DNA from: an uncultured beta proteobacterium
GTDB lineage: Bacteria; Pseudomonadota; Gammaproteobacteria; Burkholderiales; SG8-39
Reading direction: 5' to 3'
Length of the DNA stretch: 64,000 nt
NCBI GenBank assembly: GCA_963735025.1
Contig: CAVTJG010000009.1
Location: forward strand, 1,771,424-1,835,423
Shown here one piece after another: positions 10,025 through 19,909 of this stretch. The notes under the pieces are model-generated. The model was not told the DNA's origin. It ran no database searches and saw nothing but the letters and a program-made list of their open reading frames with translations. How positions within the stretch are numbered: position 1 is the stretch's first letter; each line of letters opens with the position of its first letter. The position numbers and the translations under genes were made by a program.

Positions 10025-10141
10025 ACAAGGGGATATACAAGGGGCTTGCCCCTTGTTCGTTCCGGGGGATTTACAAGGGGCAGGAAGGGGTGAGGGGGCC
10101 CCTTCCATTCCCCCTCGGCCCCCTTGTTCGTGCGCCCGGGG
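10025..10141. repeat. cluster of ACAAGGGG / CCCCTTGT nested palindromes
   Basis: ACAAGGGG at 10025, 10037 and 10073; CCCCTTGT at 10049 and 10120. Hairpin 10037..10056. Outer stem 10073..10080/10120..10127 encloses inner stem GGAAGGGG (10083) / CCCCTTCC (10099). Both units are followed by TTCGT.C..CCGGGG. Confidence 0.7.
10065..10098 (+). other. canonical G-quadruplex motif (four G4-5 tracts, loops of 7, 6 and 3 nt)
   Basis: GGGGG-atttaca-GGGG-caggaa-GGGG-tga-GGGGG, read directly in the divergent MFS/MoxR intergenic region. Confidence 0.55.
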
Positions 10142-10389
10142 TTTGTCCCGTGCACTGATCCCGTCGATCGAAACCGCAGCGCCACGCATTCTTCAACAGC
10201 CTGTTATGGGGAAATTTGCACGGAACGCCCGCGAGTGTAGCCGGTCATGCGCCAAGCTTCGAAGTATGCTGCTTGAATTGCGCAGTGACGCCAGGGCCGG
10301 GGATCTCCAAAAACGCTCGTGCCATAGTGCTATTGTCGATATTGGCGAGCGCGCATCCGAGACCCGTTCCAATCCAGACCCCACGGCCC

Positions 10390-11328
10390 ATGAATCAGGC
10401 CATCCAGCCGCCGCTCGCACGCATTCCGGTCCAGGTCGGCACGGTGATGCGCGGCCAGGCGGGCGTCATCCGCAAGCTGATTGCCGCGTGGATTGCAGGC
10501 GTCCACGTGCTGCTGGAGGATTTTCCGGGAACCGGTAAGACGACCCTGGCCAAGGCACTCGCGCGCAGCGTCGATGCGAAATTTGCGCGCATCCAGTTCA
10601 CGCCCGACCTACTGCCGAGCGACATCGTGGGCGTCTCCATCTACGACCAGGCCGAGCAGGTCTTCCGGTTTCACGAGGGGCCGGTTTTCGCGAACGTCGT
10701 GCTTGCCGACGAGATCAATCGCGCCTCCCCGCGCACACAGTCCGCGCTTCTCGAGGCGATGGCGGAGATGCAGGTGACGGTGGACGGGAGGCGGCTGGTG
10801 CTGCCGGATCCCTACTTCGTGATCGCCACCCAGAATCCGGTCGAGTCCCACGGCACCTATCCGTTGCCCGAGGCGCAGCTCGACCGGTTCGGCGTGCGGC
10901 TGAGCCTGGGGTACGTCTCGGCAGAGGAGGAGGCGCGCATGCTCGGCTACTCGGCCGCGGACCATCCGGTCGATACGCTGGTGCCCTGCGCGACACTCGA
11001 CGATCTGCGCGTCGCGCGCGCGGCGGCGTCCCGCGTCACGGTTGCGGACGCGCTTCGGCAATACATCGTGGCGCTCGTGGCGGGCACCCGGCAACGCGCC
11101 GAGATCCGCATGGGCGCGAGCCCGCGCGGCTCGATCACGATTTTTCAGCTGGCACGCGCACTCGCGCTCGTCGACGGGTTGGACTACGTCACCCCCGACC
11201 ACGTGCAGAGTATCGCCGTGGATGTGCTTGCGCATCGCCTTGCGCTGGATCCGCAGGCGCATTACTCGGGCGCTTCCGCGAGCGAGCTGGTGCGCGAGAT
11301 CGTCGCGGCAACGCCCGTCCCGGTGTAG
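10390..11328 (+). CDS. MoxR-family AAA+ ATPase
   Basis: Walker A LLEDFPGTGKTTLAKALA and FARIQFTPDLLPSDIVG. Start moved to ATG 10390 (MNQAIQPP). Confidence 0.9.
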   Translation: MNQAIQPPLARIPVQVGTVMRGQAGVIRKLIAAWIAGVHVLLEDFPGTGKTTLAKALARSVDAKFARIQFTPDLLPSDIVGVSIYDQAEQVFRFHEGPVFANVVLADEINRASPRTQSALLEAMAEMQVTVDGRRLVLPDPYFVIATQNPVESHGTYPLPEAQLDRFGVRLSLGYVSAEEEARMLGYSAADHPVDTLVPCATLDDLRVARAAASRVTVADALRQYIVALVAGTRQRAEIRMGASPRGSITIFQLARALALVDGLDYVTPDHVQSIAVDVLAHRLALDPQAHYSGASASELVREIVAATPVPV

Positions 11329-11338
11329 CGCACCCGTC

Positions 11339-12666
11339 GTGCGGCTCCTGGGTCTGTTTCGCAGGATCTTCCGGCTCAGCCGCTGGTTTCAGCGGCGCGT
11401 GACACCTACCGGATTTCTCATTGCAACGGCCGGATTCGCAGCGGGCCTGCTCGGTGTGGACACGCGTCTCTCGCTGGCCCACCTCGTGTTCGCCGTCGGA
11501 CTCAGCCTGATGCTGGTCGGCTTCATCGGACGCGGCCGGTTGTCGCCGGCGCTGGAGATCGTCCGGCGCCTCCCGCGCTTCGTTACGGTGGGAAATCCGG
11601 TGCGCTATGTCGTGACGCTGCGCAACGCCTCGGTGCGCGCGCTGGACGGGCTCACCATCGAGGAGCGATTGCACCAGCCTTTTCCGGATGCGGCAGCCTT
11701 CGCGCGGCGGCGCACGCGCGCATCGAACTGGTTCGACCGGGCGGTCGGGTATCCGGACTGGATAGACTGGTTGCGGCGCTTGCGCGGCGTTGCGGTGTCG
11801 CCCGTGGATGTTCCCGCGCTCGAGCCCGGCCAGTCGGCCGAGTTGACGTTCTCGCTCGAGCCGCTGCATCGCGGCGTGGCGTTCTTCGAAGGTTTCGCGG
11901 TGACGCGCTGCGATCCGCTCGGGCTATGGCGGGCGATATTCGACACGCCCGGAGCAGAGGCGCTCGTCGTGCTGCCGCAGATCCATCCGGTCGAATGGCC
12001 GGTGTTCAGCGGAAGTCGACACTACCAGCCGGGTGGCATTTCGCAGGCATCGCGGGTCGGCGACTCGGAGGAGTTCCGCTCGCTGCGCGATTACCGGCCG
12101 GGCGATCCGCTGCGCGCAATCCACTGGCGCAGCTGGGCGCGCACCGGCCGGCCGGTCGTGAAGGAGCACCAGGAGGAGTACTTCACGCGGCACGCGCTGG
12201 TGCTGGACACCGCGGCTGCGGCCACGATGGACGAGGCATTCGAGAATGCGGTCTCGATCGCCGCATCGTTCGCGGTGGCCAGTCGTGGCGAGGACTCGCT
12301 GCTCGACCTGCTGTTCGTCGGCGGTGACGCCCACCGCATCACGGTAGGTCGCGGCCTCGGCACCACCGACACGCTGCTGCGCGTGCTCGCTACGGTCAGA
12401 CCTTCTCCGCCGGAGAGCTTCGCGCTGCTCGCCCATCGCTGACCGCTCATGCTCCCGCGATCAGCAGCGCGATCCTGGTGCTGCAGACCTGGGACGAACC
12501 GCGTGCCCGGCTGGTCGCGACGCTGCAGAGTTTGCGCATCGGCGTCCGGGCATATGTCGTTGCCGACACCATCCCGGACTCGTCCATCGTGGCGAATCCC
12601 GCTGTTCCCCCGGAAGTGCGCTGGGTCCGGACCGGCGCGGTGCGCGAGGCGCTTGCACGGCCGTGA
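11339..12666 (+). pseudogene. DUF58 (vWA-like) protein, C-terminus displaced by a 1-base deletion near 12438-12442
   Basis: GTG 11339 just after the MoxR stop. The main frame stops at 12442. The next frame continues as LTAHAPAISSAILVLQTWDEPRARLVATLQSLRIGVRAYVV and ends at 12666 in a GTGA overlap with the next gene. Span is 1328 nt, i.e. 3n-1. Confidence 0.7.
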
Positions 12667-14626
12667 AGCCGCCGCGCTTTCTGCTGGGTCTCGCGCTCGC
12701 GCTGTGGGGCTCCTGCGCCGAGGTGCTGTGGCTGGGCTTGCTGCTCGGGGCGCTCGTCGAGGGTCTGCTCGCCGCGAATCTGCGACGCGCATTTTCCACC
12801 GCAGACTTCAATCGCGTGGCCGATCTCGCCACCCTGCTCTCGATTGGCGCAATCGGCTACTTCGCCGCGACGCGCGGGATGTCGGAGGGCGTGCTGCGCG
12901 CCGTCATCTGGTTTCCGGTGATGGTTCTGCCGGTGCTGCTCGCGCAGATCGTCTCGGACGTCGGCCATCTGAGACTGCGGAACCTCTTCTACTCCCTGCG
13001 CAAGAGCGATCTGCCGGAGGCCGACCGGCCGATCGACATCGCCTTTCCGTATTTCGCGCTCTGCATGGTATCGGCGAGCATCGCCATCAATACCTACGAG
13101 ATGTTCCTGCCGGTCGCGGCGCTGCTGATTTCGGCTACGCGCTTTTCTCCGTGCGGGCGCGCGGCCGCGCGAGCTGGGTCTGGGCGCTCGCGCTGGCGAT
13201 TGCGCTCGCGATCGGAACCGGGACGTCGCTGGGAATGAATCGCCTGCAGCTCGCGCTCGAGGACATCGCCTTCGAGTGGCTGTCGGCTGTCGAGCAGGAC
13301 CCCTACCGTGCCGCGACGCGCATCGGCGACGTCGGGCGCATCAAACTCTCCGACCAGATCGTCTGGCGCGTCCGCACCGAAACCATGGACTCGCCACCGA
13401 ACTGCTGCTCTTCGAGGCGGCTTACACGTTCTTCGACGGCAGCGCCTGGCGTGCCCCCGTCGAGCGTTTCACGCAGCTCGGTGCGCCCGCGCAGGGCCAG
13501 ACCTGGACATTGGGCGCGCCTGCCGGACGACTCGACTACATCGAAGTAAGTGGCCATGTGGACGGGAGCGGCGCGATCCTGGCATTGCCGTCCGGGACGC
13601 GTTCGGTAGCCGGGCTTGCGGCAAACAGTGTCGCGCGGAATTCGCTCGGTTCGGTGAAAGTGGCGGATACCGCGCCCTATCTCAAGTTCGACGTGGCCTA
13701 CGCGCCCGGCGAAATCCTGCAACCGGCGCCGACGGCGGCGGACTTGAGCGTGCCGCGGCCCCTCGAGCCGCTGTTCTTCCAGGTCCGGCGCCGGATGGCA
13801 CCATCCATCGGAAACGCGCGCGCAGTCCGTGGCCGCTGTGCGCAAATTCTTCCGCGAAGATTTCCGCTATAGCCTCTATCTGGGCGACCGGCGCGGCGGC
13901 AAGAGCCTCAGCGATTTCCTGCTCGACTCGCGCGCCGGACACTGCGAGTATTTCGCCACCGCGACCACGTTGCTCTTGCGCAGCCTCGGCGTTCCCGCGC
14001 GCTACGTCGTGGGCTATTCCGTGCAGGAATTCGGCGCGATCGACGAGCTGTACCTGGTGCGCAAGCGTCACGCCCATGCCTGGACGCAGGCATATGTCGA
14101 CGGTGCATGGGTGGTCGTGGACACGACACCTGCAATCTGGGCGGAGGCCGAGGCGCAGAACTCGGGACTGCTCACGCCGATCTACGATCGCATCTCCTGG
14201 CTCTGGGCACGCTTCAGCGAATGGCGCACTGGCGAGCGCGAGGACACGGGAGGCTGGGTGCTAGGGGGCGCGCTGTTGGTGTGCGTGTGGATCTATTTGC
14301 GGTTGTTCCGGCGTCCGCGCGCAAGCAGGGCTGCCAGGTCGAAGCGCGCAGCGGCGGAAACTGCCAGAGAGTCCGCATATTTCGTGGCCGAGCGCGAGCT
14401 CGCGCGCGCGGGTTACCCGCGCCGCCCCGGCGAGACGCCGCTTGCCTGGCTCGGGCGCCTTGCTTCCGATCGCTGCCCGTACATCAGCGACGCGCTTCGC
14501 GCGCTGGTCGACGCGCACTATCAGTATGCCTATCAGCCGGGCGGCAATCGGCCGGGTCTGCAGGCGGAGATGCGGGAACTTATGGAGCGCTGGCACGCGG
14601 AGACGGGCGTTTTTCAGGCGCGCTGA
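12663..14626 (+). pseudogene. transglutaminase-domain membrane protein (TgpA-like) with three frameshifts
   Basis: Membrane N-terminus in the 12663 frame. Frame changes near 13115-13130, 13380-13400 and 13780-13800. The last piece holds the transglutaminase core GHCEYFATATTLLLRSLGVPARYVVGY...HAWTQAYVDGAWVVVDTT. Net length is 3n-1. Confidence 0.8.
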
Positions 14627-14692
14627 TCGGAACTGGAACGGACGATCTGGCTACGAACCAGGGAGTCGTGGGTTCAAATCCTGCCGGGCGCT
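14620..14692 (+). tRNA. tRNA-Arg(ACG)-like sequence; canonical 3' two-thirds, degenerate 5' third (pseudo-tRNA or att scar)
   Basis: Anticodon arm TCTGG-CTACGAA-CCAGG (14646..14662), 5-nt variable loop, T arm GTGGG-TTCAAAT-CCTGC, acceptor 3' strand CGGGCGC. The 5' strand GCGCTGA pairs only 5/7, the D stem does not pair, there is no CCA, and the 5' end overlaps the upstream stop codon. Confidence 0.4.
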
Positions 14693-14878
14693 TCGTGACA
14701 TCATCGCGGCGCGCTAATCGACGAATGGGTGGCCGAGTCTGAGCTAGTATTCTGGACGCTTGGCGGGCGGATCCGGCGAACGGGAGAGGGGTCCTCGAAA
14801 GGCATGGCGAGGTTGTCGCAAGGCCGAAGACTCGGATGCTAGGCTTGTTCGAAATCGCAAATTTGGACGCATGGAAGA

Positions 14879-16825
14879 ATGGCGTCGGGCGAAACCGGTA
14901 GCGGCGAGGGCCGCAATGCTCAGAAGGAGGCGTCGAAGCGCGCGCCGCCTCCAACGGCGCACAGCCAATCGTTTGCAGTTCTCGCCATCGCGGTGCTCGG
15001 GGTGGTCTACGGGGACATTGGCACGAGCCCGATCTATGCGCTGCGCGAGTGTTTCGCCGGCAAGAATCCGATTCCCGTTACCCCCGGCAACGTACTCGGG
15101 GTGCTGTCACTGATCTTCTGGACCCTGGTCCTTGTCATCTCGCTCAAGTACATGGTCTATGTGCTGCAGGCAGACAACCGTGGCGAGGGCGGAACCTTCG
15201 CATTACTTGCACTGCTGCGGCCGGATCGGGATCAGGAACGGCGACGACGTCGCGCCCTCATTCTGCTGGGAATACTCGGCGCCTCGATGTTATACGGGGG
15301 CGCGATGATCACGCCGGCGATCTCGGTGCTAAGCGCGGTGGAGGGCTTGCAGGTCGCGGCTCCCGGATTGCACAGCTATGTGATCCCGATCACGGTGGTC
15401 ATCCTGTTCGCACTGTTCGCGGTGCAGCGCCACGGGACCGCGGCGGTAGGCGCGGTATTCGGGCCGTTGACACTGATCTGGTTTGCGGTGCTCGCCTTGC
15501 TCGGGGTTCGGGGCATTCTCCAGGCGCCGGAAGTGTTGTGGGCGGTCAATCCGTGGTACGCGATTCAATTCTTCCTTGCGAACGGCTGGACCGGATACTT
15601 CATCCTTTATGCCGTATTTCTGGTCACCACCGGCGGCGAAGCGCTATACGCAGATCTGGGCCATTTCGGTCGCAAGCCGATCCGCCAAGTGTGGTTTGCC
15701 TTCGTCCTTCCAGCGTTGGTCATCAACTACTTCGGCCAGGGCGCGCTGCTGATTGCCGAGCCCTCGGGGAGCGTCCATCCCTTCTTTCATCTAGCGCCGT
15801 CGTGGGGACTCTATCCTCTGATCCTCCTCGCCACGGCTGCCACCTGCATTGCCTCGCAGGCGGTCATCACGGGCGCCTTTTCACTCACCAGGCAAGCCGT
15901 CCAACTCGGACTGCTGCCGGGCCTTACCGTCGAGCAGACCTCGGCCAAAGCTCGCGGCCAAATCTACATGCCCGCCGTGAACTGGCTGCTGATGGCGGCT
16001 GCGATCGGCCTGGTATTCACGTTCCGGTCTTCGGGAAATCTGGCGGCAGCCTACGGTGTGGCGGTCAACTCCGCCATGGCGATCACGACGGTGCTCGCGT
16101 TCAACGTGGCGCGCGAGCGTGGTGGCTGGAGCATGCCTGCGGCGCTAGCCTTCCTGCTGGGGTTCCTCGCGATCGATCTCGGATTCCTCGGATCCAATCT
16201 GCTCAAGATTCCCGACGGTGGCTGGCTGCCGGTGCTGATCGGCCTCGCGTTGTTCACCGTCATGACCACCTGGCGCAGGGGCGCGAGCCTGCTCGCCGAG
16301 CGCATTGCGGATACCACGCCGACGCTGGAAACATTCATGGGGCGCATTGCGGGCGAGCGCATACCACGGGTTCCCGGCACGGGAGTGTTTTTTACCGGCC
16401 GTCTCGACCAGACGCCACCGGCGCTGCAGCAACTGGTGCGCCACACCGGAATCCTGTACGAGCGTGTGCTTCTTCTCACCGTGGTCATCGAGCCACTGCC
16501 CAAGACCGATCTCGAGGAGCGAATCGAAGTCAAGGACCTCGGTGCCGGGTTTTGCCGCGTGGTGCTGCACTATGGATTCATGCAGGGCCCGAATATTCCC
16601 TCCGAGCTGGCCACCTCGGCGGCGCTCGGCCTGACAACGGACCTGGATCAAATACACTACCTCATCGGCCACGTCGACTTGCTGGCCGGCCGTAAGCTGC
16701 GTGGCATGGCCCGCTGGCGAGATCAGCTTTTCGTCGTCATGGCGAGCAACACGCAGGATGCCACTTCTTTCTACCAAATCCCGGCGGCCCAGGCGATGAA
16801 GGTGGGACTGCAGGTAGGCATCTGA
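14879..16825 (+). CDS. kup: KUP/HAK/KT potassium uptake transporter
   Basis: 648 aa; N-terminal signature LGVVYGDIGTSPIYAL and a polytopic membrane domain followed by a cytoplasmic C-terminal domain. Confidence 0.9.
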   Translation: MASGETGSGEGRNAQKEASKRAPPPTAHSQSFAVLAIAVLGVVYGDIGTSPIYALRECFAGKNPIPVTPGNVLGVLSLIFWTLVLVISLKYMVYVLQADNRGEGGTFALLALLRPDRDQERRRRRALILLGILGASMLYGGAMITPAISVLSAVEGLQVAAPGLHSYVIPITVVILFALFAVQRHGTAAVGAVFGPLTLIWFAVLALLGVRGILQAPEVLWAVNPWYAIQFFLANGWTGYFILYAVFLVTTGGEALYADLGHFGRKPIRQVWFAFVLPALVINYFGQGALLIAEPSGSVHPFFHLAPSWGLYPLILLATAATCIASQAVITGAFSLTRQAVQLGLLPGLTVEQTSAKARGQIYMPAVNWLLMAAAIGLVFTFRSSGNLAAAYGVAVNSAMAITTVLAFNVARERGGWSMPAALAFLLGFLAIDLGFLGSNLLKIPDGGWLPVLIGLALFTVMTTWRRGASLLAERIADTTPTLETFMGRIAGERIPRVPGTGVFFTGRLDQTPPALQQLVRHTGILYERVLLLTVVIEPLPKTDLEERIEVKDLGAGFCRVVLHYGFMQGPNIPSELATSAALGLTTDLDQIHYLIGHVDLLAGRKLRGMARWRDQLFVVMASNTQDATSFYQIPAAQAMKVGLQVGI

Positions 16826-16943
16826 GCTCCGGCAAGCGCGCGCCGTCTTCGTACCCGCACTGCGCGAATGTCTGCGTAGCCAGATCGTAGCCAGTTCCTG
16901 CGTTCTGGGTCTCGACTCAACTCATCGAGGCACGGCTTGGAGG

Positions 16944-17162
16944 GAGGGCGGGCGCTTGTTCGGCTACGGGCTGTACCTGCTGGGCGGCAGGCCGGTGTTC
17001 ACCTACAACTTCCAGGGCCTCAAGCGGACAAAGTGGGAGGAGCCGGTTGTGGCTCCGGGCATGCACACGATCGAGTTCGACCTTCTGTACGACGGGCTCG
17101 GTGCGGCGCCGCTCGCGTGCAATAACGTGAGCGGCGTCGGCCGCTACCTGGTCAGCCTGTAG
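16944..17162 (+). pseudogene. arylsulfatase fragment (about 70 aa internal/C-terminal remnant)
   Basis: GGRLFGYGLYLLGGRPVFTYNFQGLKRTKWEEPVVAPGMHTIEFDLLYDG resembles the sulfatase C-terminal beta-sandwich region. There is no catalytic N-terminal domain or plausible start. Confidence 0.55.
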
Positions 17163-17175
17163 GGATCAGGTCGAG

Positions 17176-18051
17176 TCAGCTCGCGAGGAACGCGGAGAGC
17201 TTCTCGGAGAGCCACTGCGGCTGTTCCTCGGGGATGTAGTGTCCGCTTCTGGGCACGATCTCGGTGACGATGTCATCACAGAACTGCTTCATGGCCGCGG
17301 TCATCACCGGGCCGATCGGCGTGTCGCTGCCGAACACTGCTGCCGGCACTTTCAGTTTTCCGCGTGCGGCGTACGCCTGGTTCTGTTGCATCGACACCGG
17401 CATGGCCCGGTAATACTCGAAGCCGGCCTGCATCGCGCCGGGCGCGCTGTACACCCGCTCGTACTCGTCGAGATCGGCCGCGCTGATTGCATCCGTGACG
17501 AGCGTCCGGTTCCGGAAGAACCATTCGAGAAAGATGCGCTCGCGCCCGGCAGTGAGAGCTTCTGCAAGCCCGCGCTGCTGGTTGAATCCGAAATGCCAGA
17601 GCTTCGGATCAGGCGGGGCCGCAAAGAGACCGGGAATGACGGCGTCCATGAACACCACCTTGCGCAGACTCGCCGCATACTCGTGCGCGTAGGAAAATGC
17701 CAGCCACGTCCCGATGTCGTGCGTGACGAGGCGCACGCCCGCGAAGCCGAGTGCCTCGACTGCCTCGTGGACGCGGCGTGCCATGGTGGCGACGTCGTAG
17801 CCGTCTGCCGGTCGCTCGGAATCGCCCATGCCGGGCAGGTCGATTGCGGCGACCTCGTAGCGCGTCGCGAGCTGCGGCATCACCTTGCGCCACGCGTACC
17901 AGGATTGCGGCCAGCCCGCGAGCAGCACGAGCGGGTCGCCCTTGCCGCCGCGCACGACGTGCAGCTTCACGTCGCTTGCGGCAATCACTTCGTGGTGAAA
18001 ACCGCCGCCAAGTGCGGCGGCGTCGAAGCGTCGCTGATTTGCTGCCGGCAT
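17176..18051 (-). CDS. alpha/beta-fold hydrolase (haloalkane dehalogenase / epoxide hydrolase-like)
   Basis: LLAGWPQSWYAWRKVMPQL and VTHDIGTW nucleophile elbow. Start moved to ATG 18051 (MPAANQRRF). Confidence 0.8.
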   Translation of the reverse strand: MPAANQRRFDAAALGGGFHHEVIAASDVKLHVVRGGKGDPLVLLAGWPQSWYAWRKVMPQLATRYEVAAIDLPGMGDSERPADGYDVATMARRVHEAVEALGFAGVRLVTHDIGTWLAFSYAHEYAASLRKVVFMDAVIPGLFAAPPDPKLWHFGFNQQRGLAEALTAGRERIFLEWFFRNRTLVTDAISAADLDEYERVYSAPGAMQAGFEYYRAMPVSMQQNQAYAARGKLKVPAAVFGSDTPIGPVMTAAMKQFCDDIVTEIVPRSGHYIPEEQPQWLSEKLSAFLAS

Positions 18052-18064
18052 TGGTGTCGTCGGA

Positions 18065-19072
18065 TCAGGGGCCAGCCGCGCCGGGCGCCGCGGCGGGCGT
18101 CGATCCCGGCATACGCGGCTCGTAGATGAGTATGGCCTTTTCGCGGCCTGGCGCGCCGCGCTGCGCGCGAATCTCGAGCGCCGCAGGCGCCCCCTGCTCG
18201 CTCTGCGCCTGGGCCGCGCGCAGCTCACGCACCGCTTTGAGATATTGCTCCTGAAGCTCGAAAGTCGGACGGCCCGCTGCTTCCGCCGCGCGCATGGCCT
18301 CGGCGATACTCGCGAGGCGCTGCGCGGGAGGGAGTGAGCGGGTCGGCGCTCCGAACTGCTCGGGCGGGGTACGCGCCGCTTCGGCGAATCTCTCGGGCGT
18401 GGTTACCATCTTGGCGATCTGCGGATTGCCGTTGCGCATCGCCCACGTGAGCGCATCGTCGCCCCAGTCGTTCTTGATGGCGGTACTTGCGCCGAGATCG
18501 ACCAGTAGCTTCGCAATCTCGGTACGCCCTTCGCGCGATGCCATCATCAGCGGCGACGATCCATTGGTGGAGCGGGCGTCGATGTCCGCGCCCCGGGCGA
18601 TGAGCGTGTTCACGACATCCTGATGGCCTGCAAAGACCGCGTAGTGAAGCGCGGACCACTCGAGACCTTGGCGATTGATCTGCGCGCCGTGGTCGAGCAG
18701 CCACCGCACCGCGTCGAGATGTCCGTTCCAGGCGGCGTGCATGAGCGGCTGCTCATGGTTTGCGTTCACCGCATTGACGTTCGCGCCGTGCGCGACGAAG
18801 AGCGCCATCATCTCGACGTTGCCCTCCCATGCGGCGAGCATGAGACCGGTTCCGACACGATCGGCCGCGAATTCGGGGTCGAGTCCTTCTTTCAGCCAGC
18901 CACTGACTGTCGCAACGTCGCCGGACTGGATGGTGACCGCAAATCGGACGGGGTCGGGAAGCTCCGCCGTGGCATCGGCCGGCGCCATCAGGGCGAAGCC
19001 AATCGTTGCGACGGCGAGACACCGACGCGCCCGGTCAGCGAGAGTCAATTCCTGCTTGCCATTCACAGTCAA
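18065..19072 (-). CDS. secreted ankyrin-repeat protein
   Basis: Signal-like N-terminus, then at least 4 ANK repeats (G..LMLAAWEGNVEMMALFVAHGANVNA; PLMHAAWNGHLDAVRWLLDHGAQIN; SALHYAVFAGHQDVVNTLIARGADIDA; SPLMMASREGRTEIAKLLVDLGAS). The start codon is uncertain (TTG 19072). Confidence 0.8.
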   Translation of the reverse strand: MTVNGKQELTLADRARRCLAVATIGFALMAPADATAELPDPVRFAVTIQSGDVATVSGWLKEGLDPEFAADRVGTGLMLAAWEGNVEMMALFVAHGANVNAVNANHEQPLMHAAWNGHLDAVRWLLDHGAQINRQGLEWSALHYAVFAGHQDVVNTLIARGADIDARSTNGSSPLMMASREGRTEIAKLLVDLGASTAIKNDWGDDALTWAMRNGNPQIAKMVTTPERFAEAARTPPEQFGAPTRSLPPAQRLASIAEAMRAAEAAGRPTFELQEQYLKAVRELRAAQAQSEQGAPAALEIRAQRGAPGREKAILIYEPRMPGSTPAAAPGAAGP

Positions 19073-19094
19073 CGACCGTCATAGTCGGGGATTC

Positions 19095-19898
19095 ATGGCG
19101 ATAAGTCAAAGTACCCGACCCGATCTGCCCATGGTCGCAGGCGAGTCGAAGGCCCCCTTGTGGTGGGCTGTCGCCGGGTCGATTGCTCTGCATGTCCTCG
19201 TGCTGTCACTTCCCGGCAGCCCGATCCGGCCGCTCGCGCCCGCGCCGGAGGCGCCAGCCGCGCTCAGCGCGCGCCTCGAAATGCTGCCTCCACCGCCTCC
19301 CGAGAAGCCGGCGCCTCCCGCTCCCGAAGCGAAGCCCGGTGCACCACCGAAAGTGCTCAAGAACACCATCGATCCGCCGCAGGCCGAGGTGCTGCAGGAT
19401 CCTATCGAGCCAAAACCCAAACCAATACCTAAGCCAAAGCCCAAGCCCAAGCCGCGTGCGGAAAAGCCGCAACCCAAACCGGAATCCAAGCCGACTGAAG
19501 CCAAGCCGCCGCGCACCGAGACAGCGGCCGCATCCGAGCAGCGTCAGGGACTCGATCTCCGTCTGCCCGAAAATCTGCGCGGAGGCATCGGATTGCGGAC
19601 ACCCCCGAGCGCGCCGGCCGAGCAGCTGTCGCCGAACGAGTTGCGCGAGACGCTGGGCCGGCTTTCGGAAACGATGCTGTTTCCGCCGGAGGCGCTCGAG
19701 CGCGGACTCGAAGGCGAAGTGACTTTGCTCGTCCAGCTCGGCGAGAACGGGCGAATTCTCGACGCCTCCGTCGCGAGCGGTTCGGGCTATCAGATTCTCG
19801 ACGACGCCGCGGTTCGCGCCGTCCTCAAGCTCGGTACGCTCGGGCCTTCTTCGGCAAACAAATCGATTTTGTTGCCGGTAAGGTTTCGCATTCTCTGA
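19095..19898 (+). CDS. TonB-family energy transducer
   Basis: N-terminal TM helix (LWWAVAGSIALHVLVL), a Pro/Lys-rich spacer (PKPKPIPKPKPKPKP) and a C-terminal TonB domain (EGEVTLLVQLGENGRILDASVASGSGYQILDDAAVRAV). ATG 19131 is an alternative start. Confidence 0.8.
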   Translation: MAISQSTRPDLPMVAGESKAPLWWAVAGSIALHVLVLSLPGSPIRPLAPAPEAPAALSARLEMLPPPPPEKPAPPAPEAKPGAPPKVLKNTIDPPQAEVLQDPIEPKPKPIPKPKPKPKPRAEKPQPKPESKPTEAKPPRTETAAASEQRQGLDLRLPENLRGGIGLRTPPSAPAEQLSPNELRETLGRLSETMLFPPEALERGLEGEVTLLVQLGENGRILDASVASGSGYQILDDAAVRAVLKLGTLGPSSANKSILLPVRFRIL

Positions 19899-19909
19899 AG
19901 TCCCTCGCC

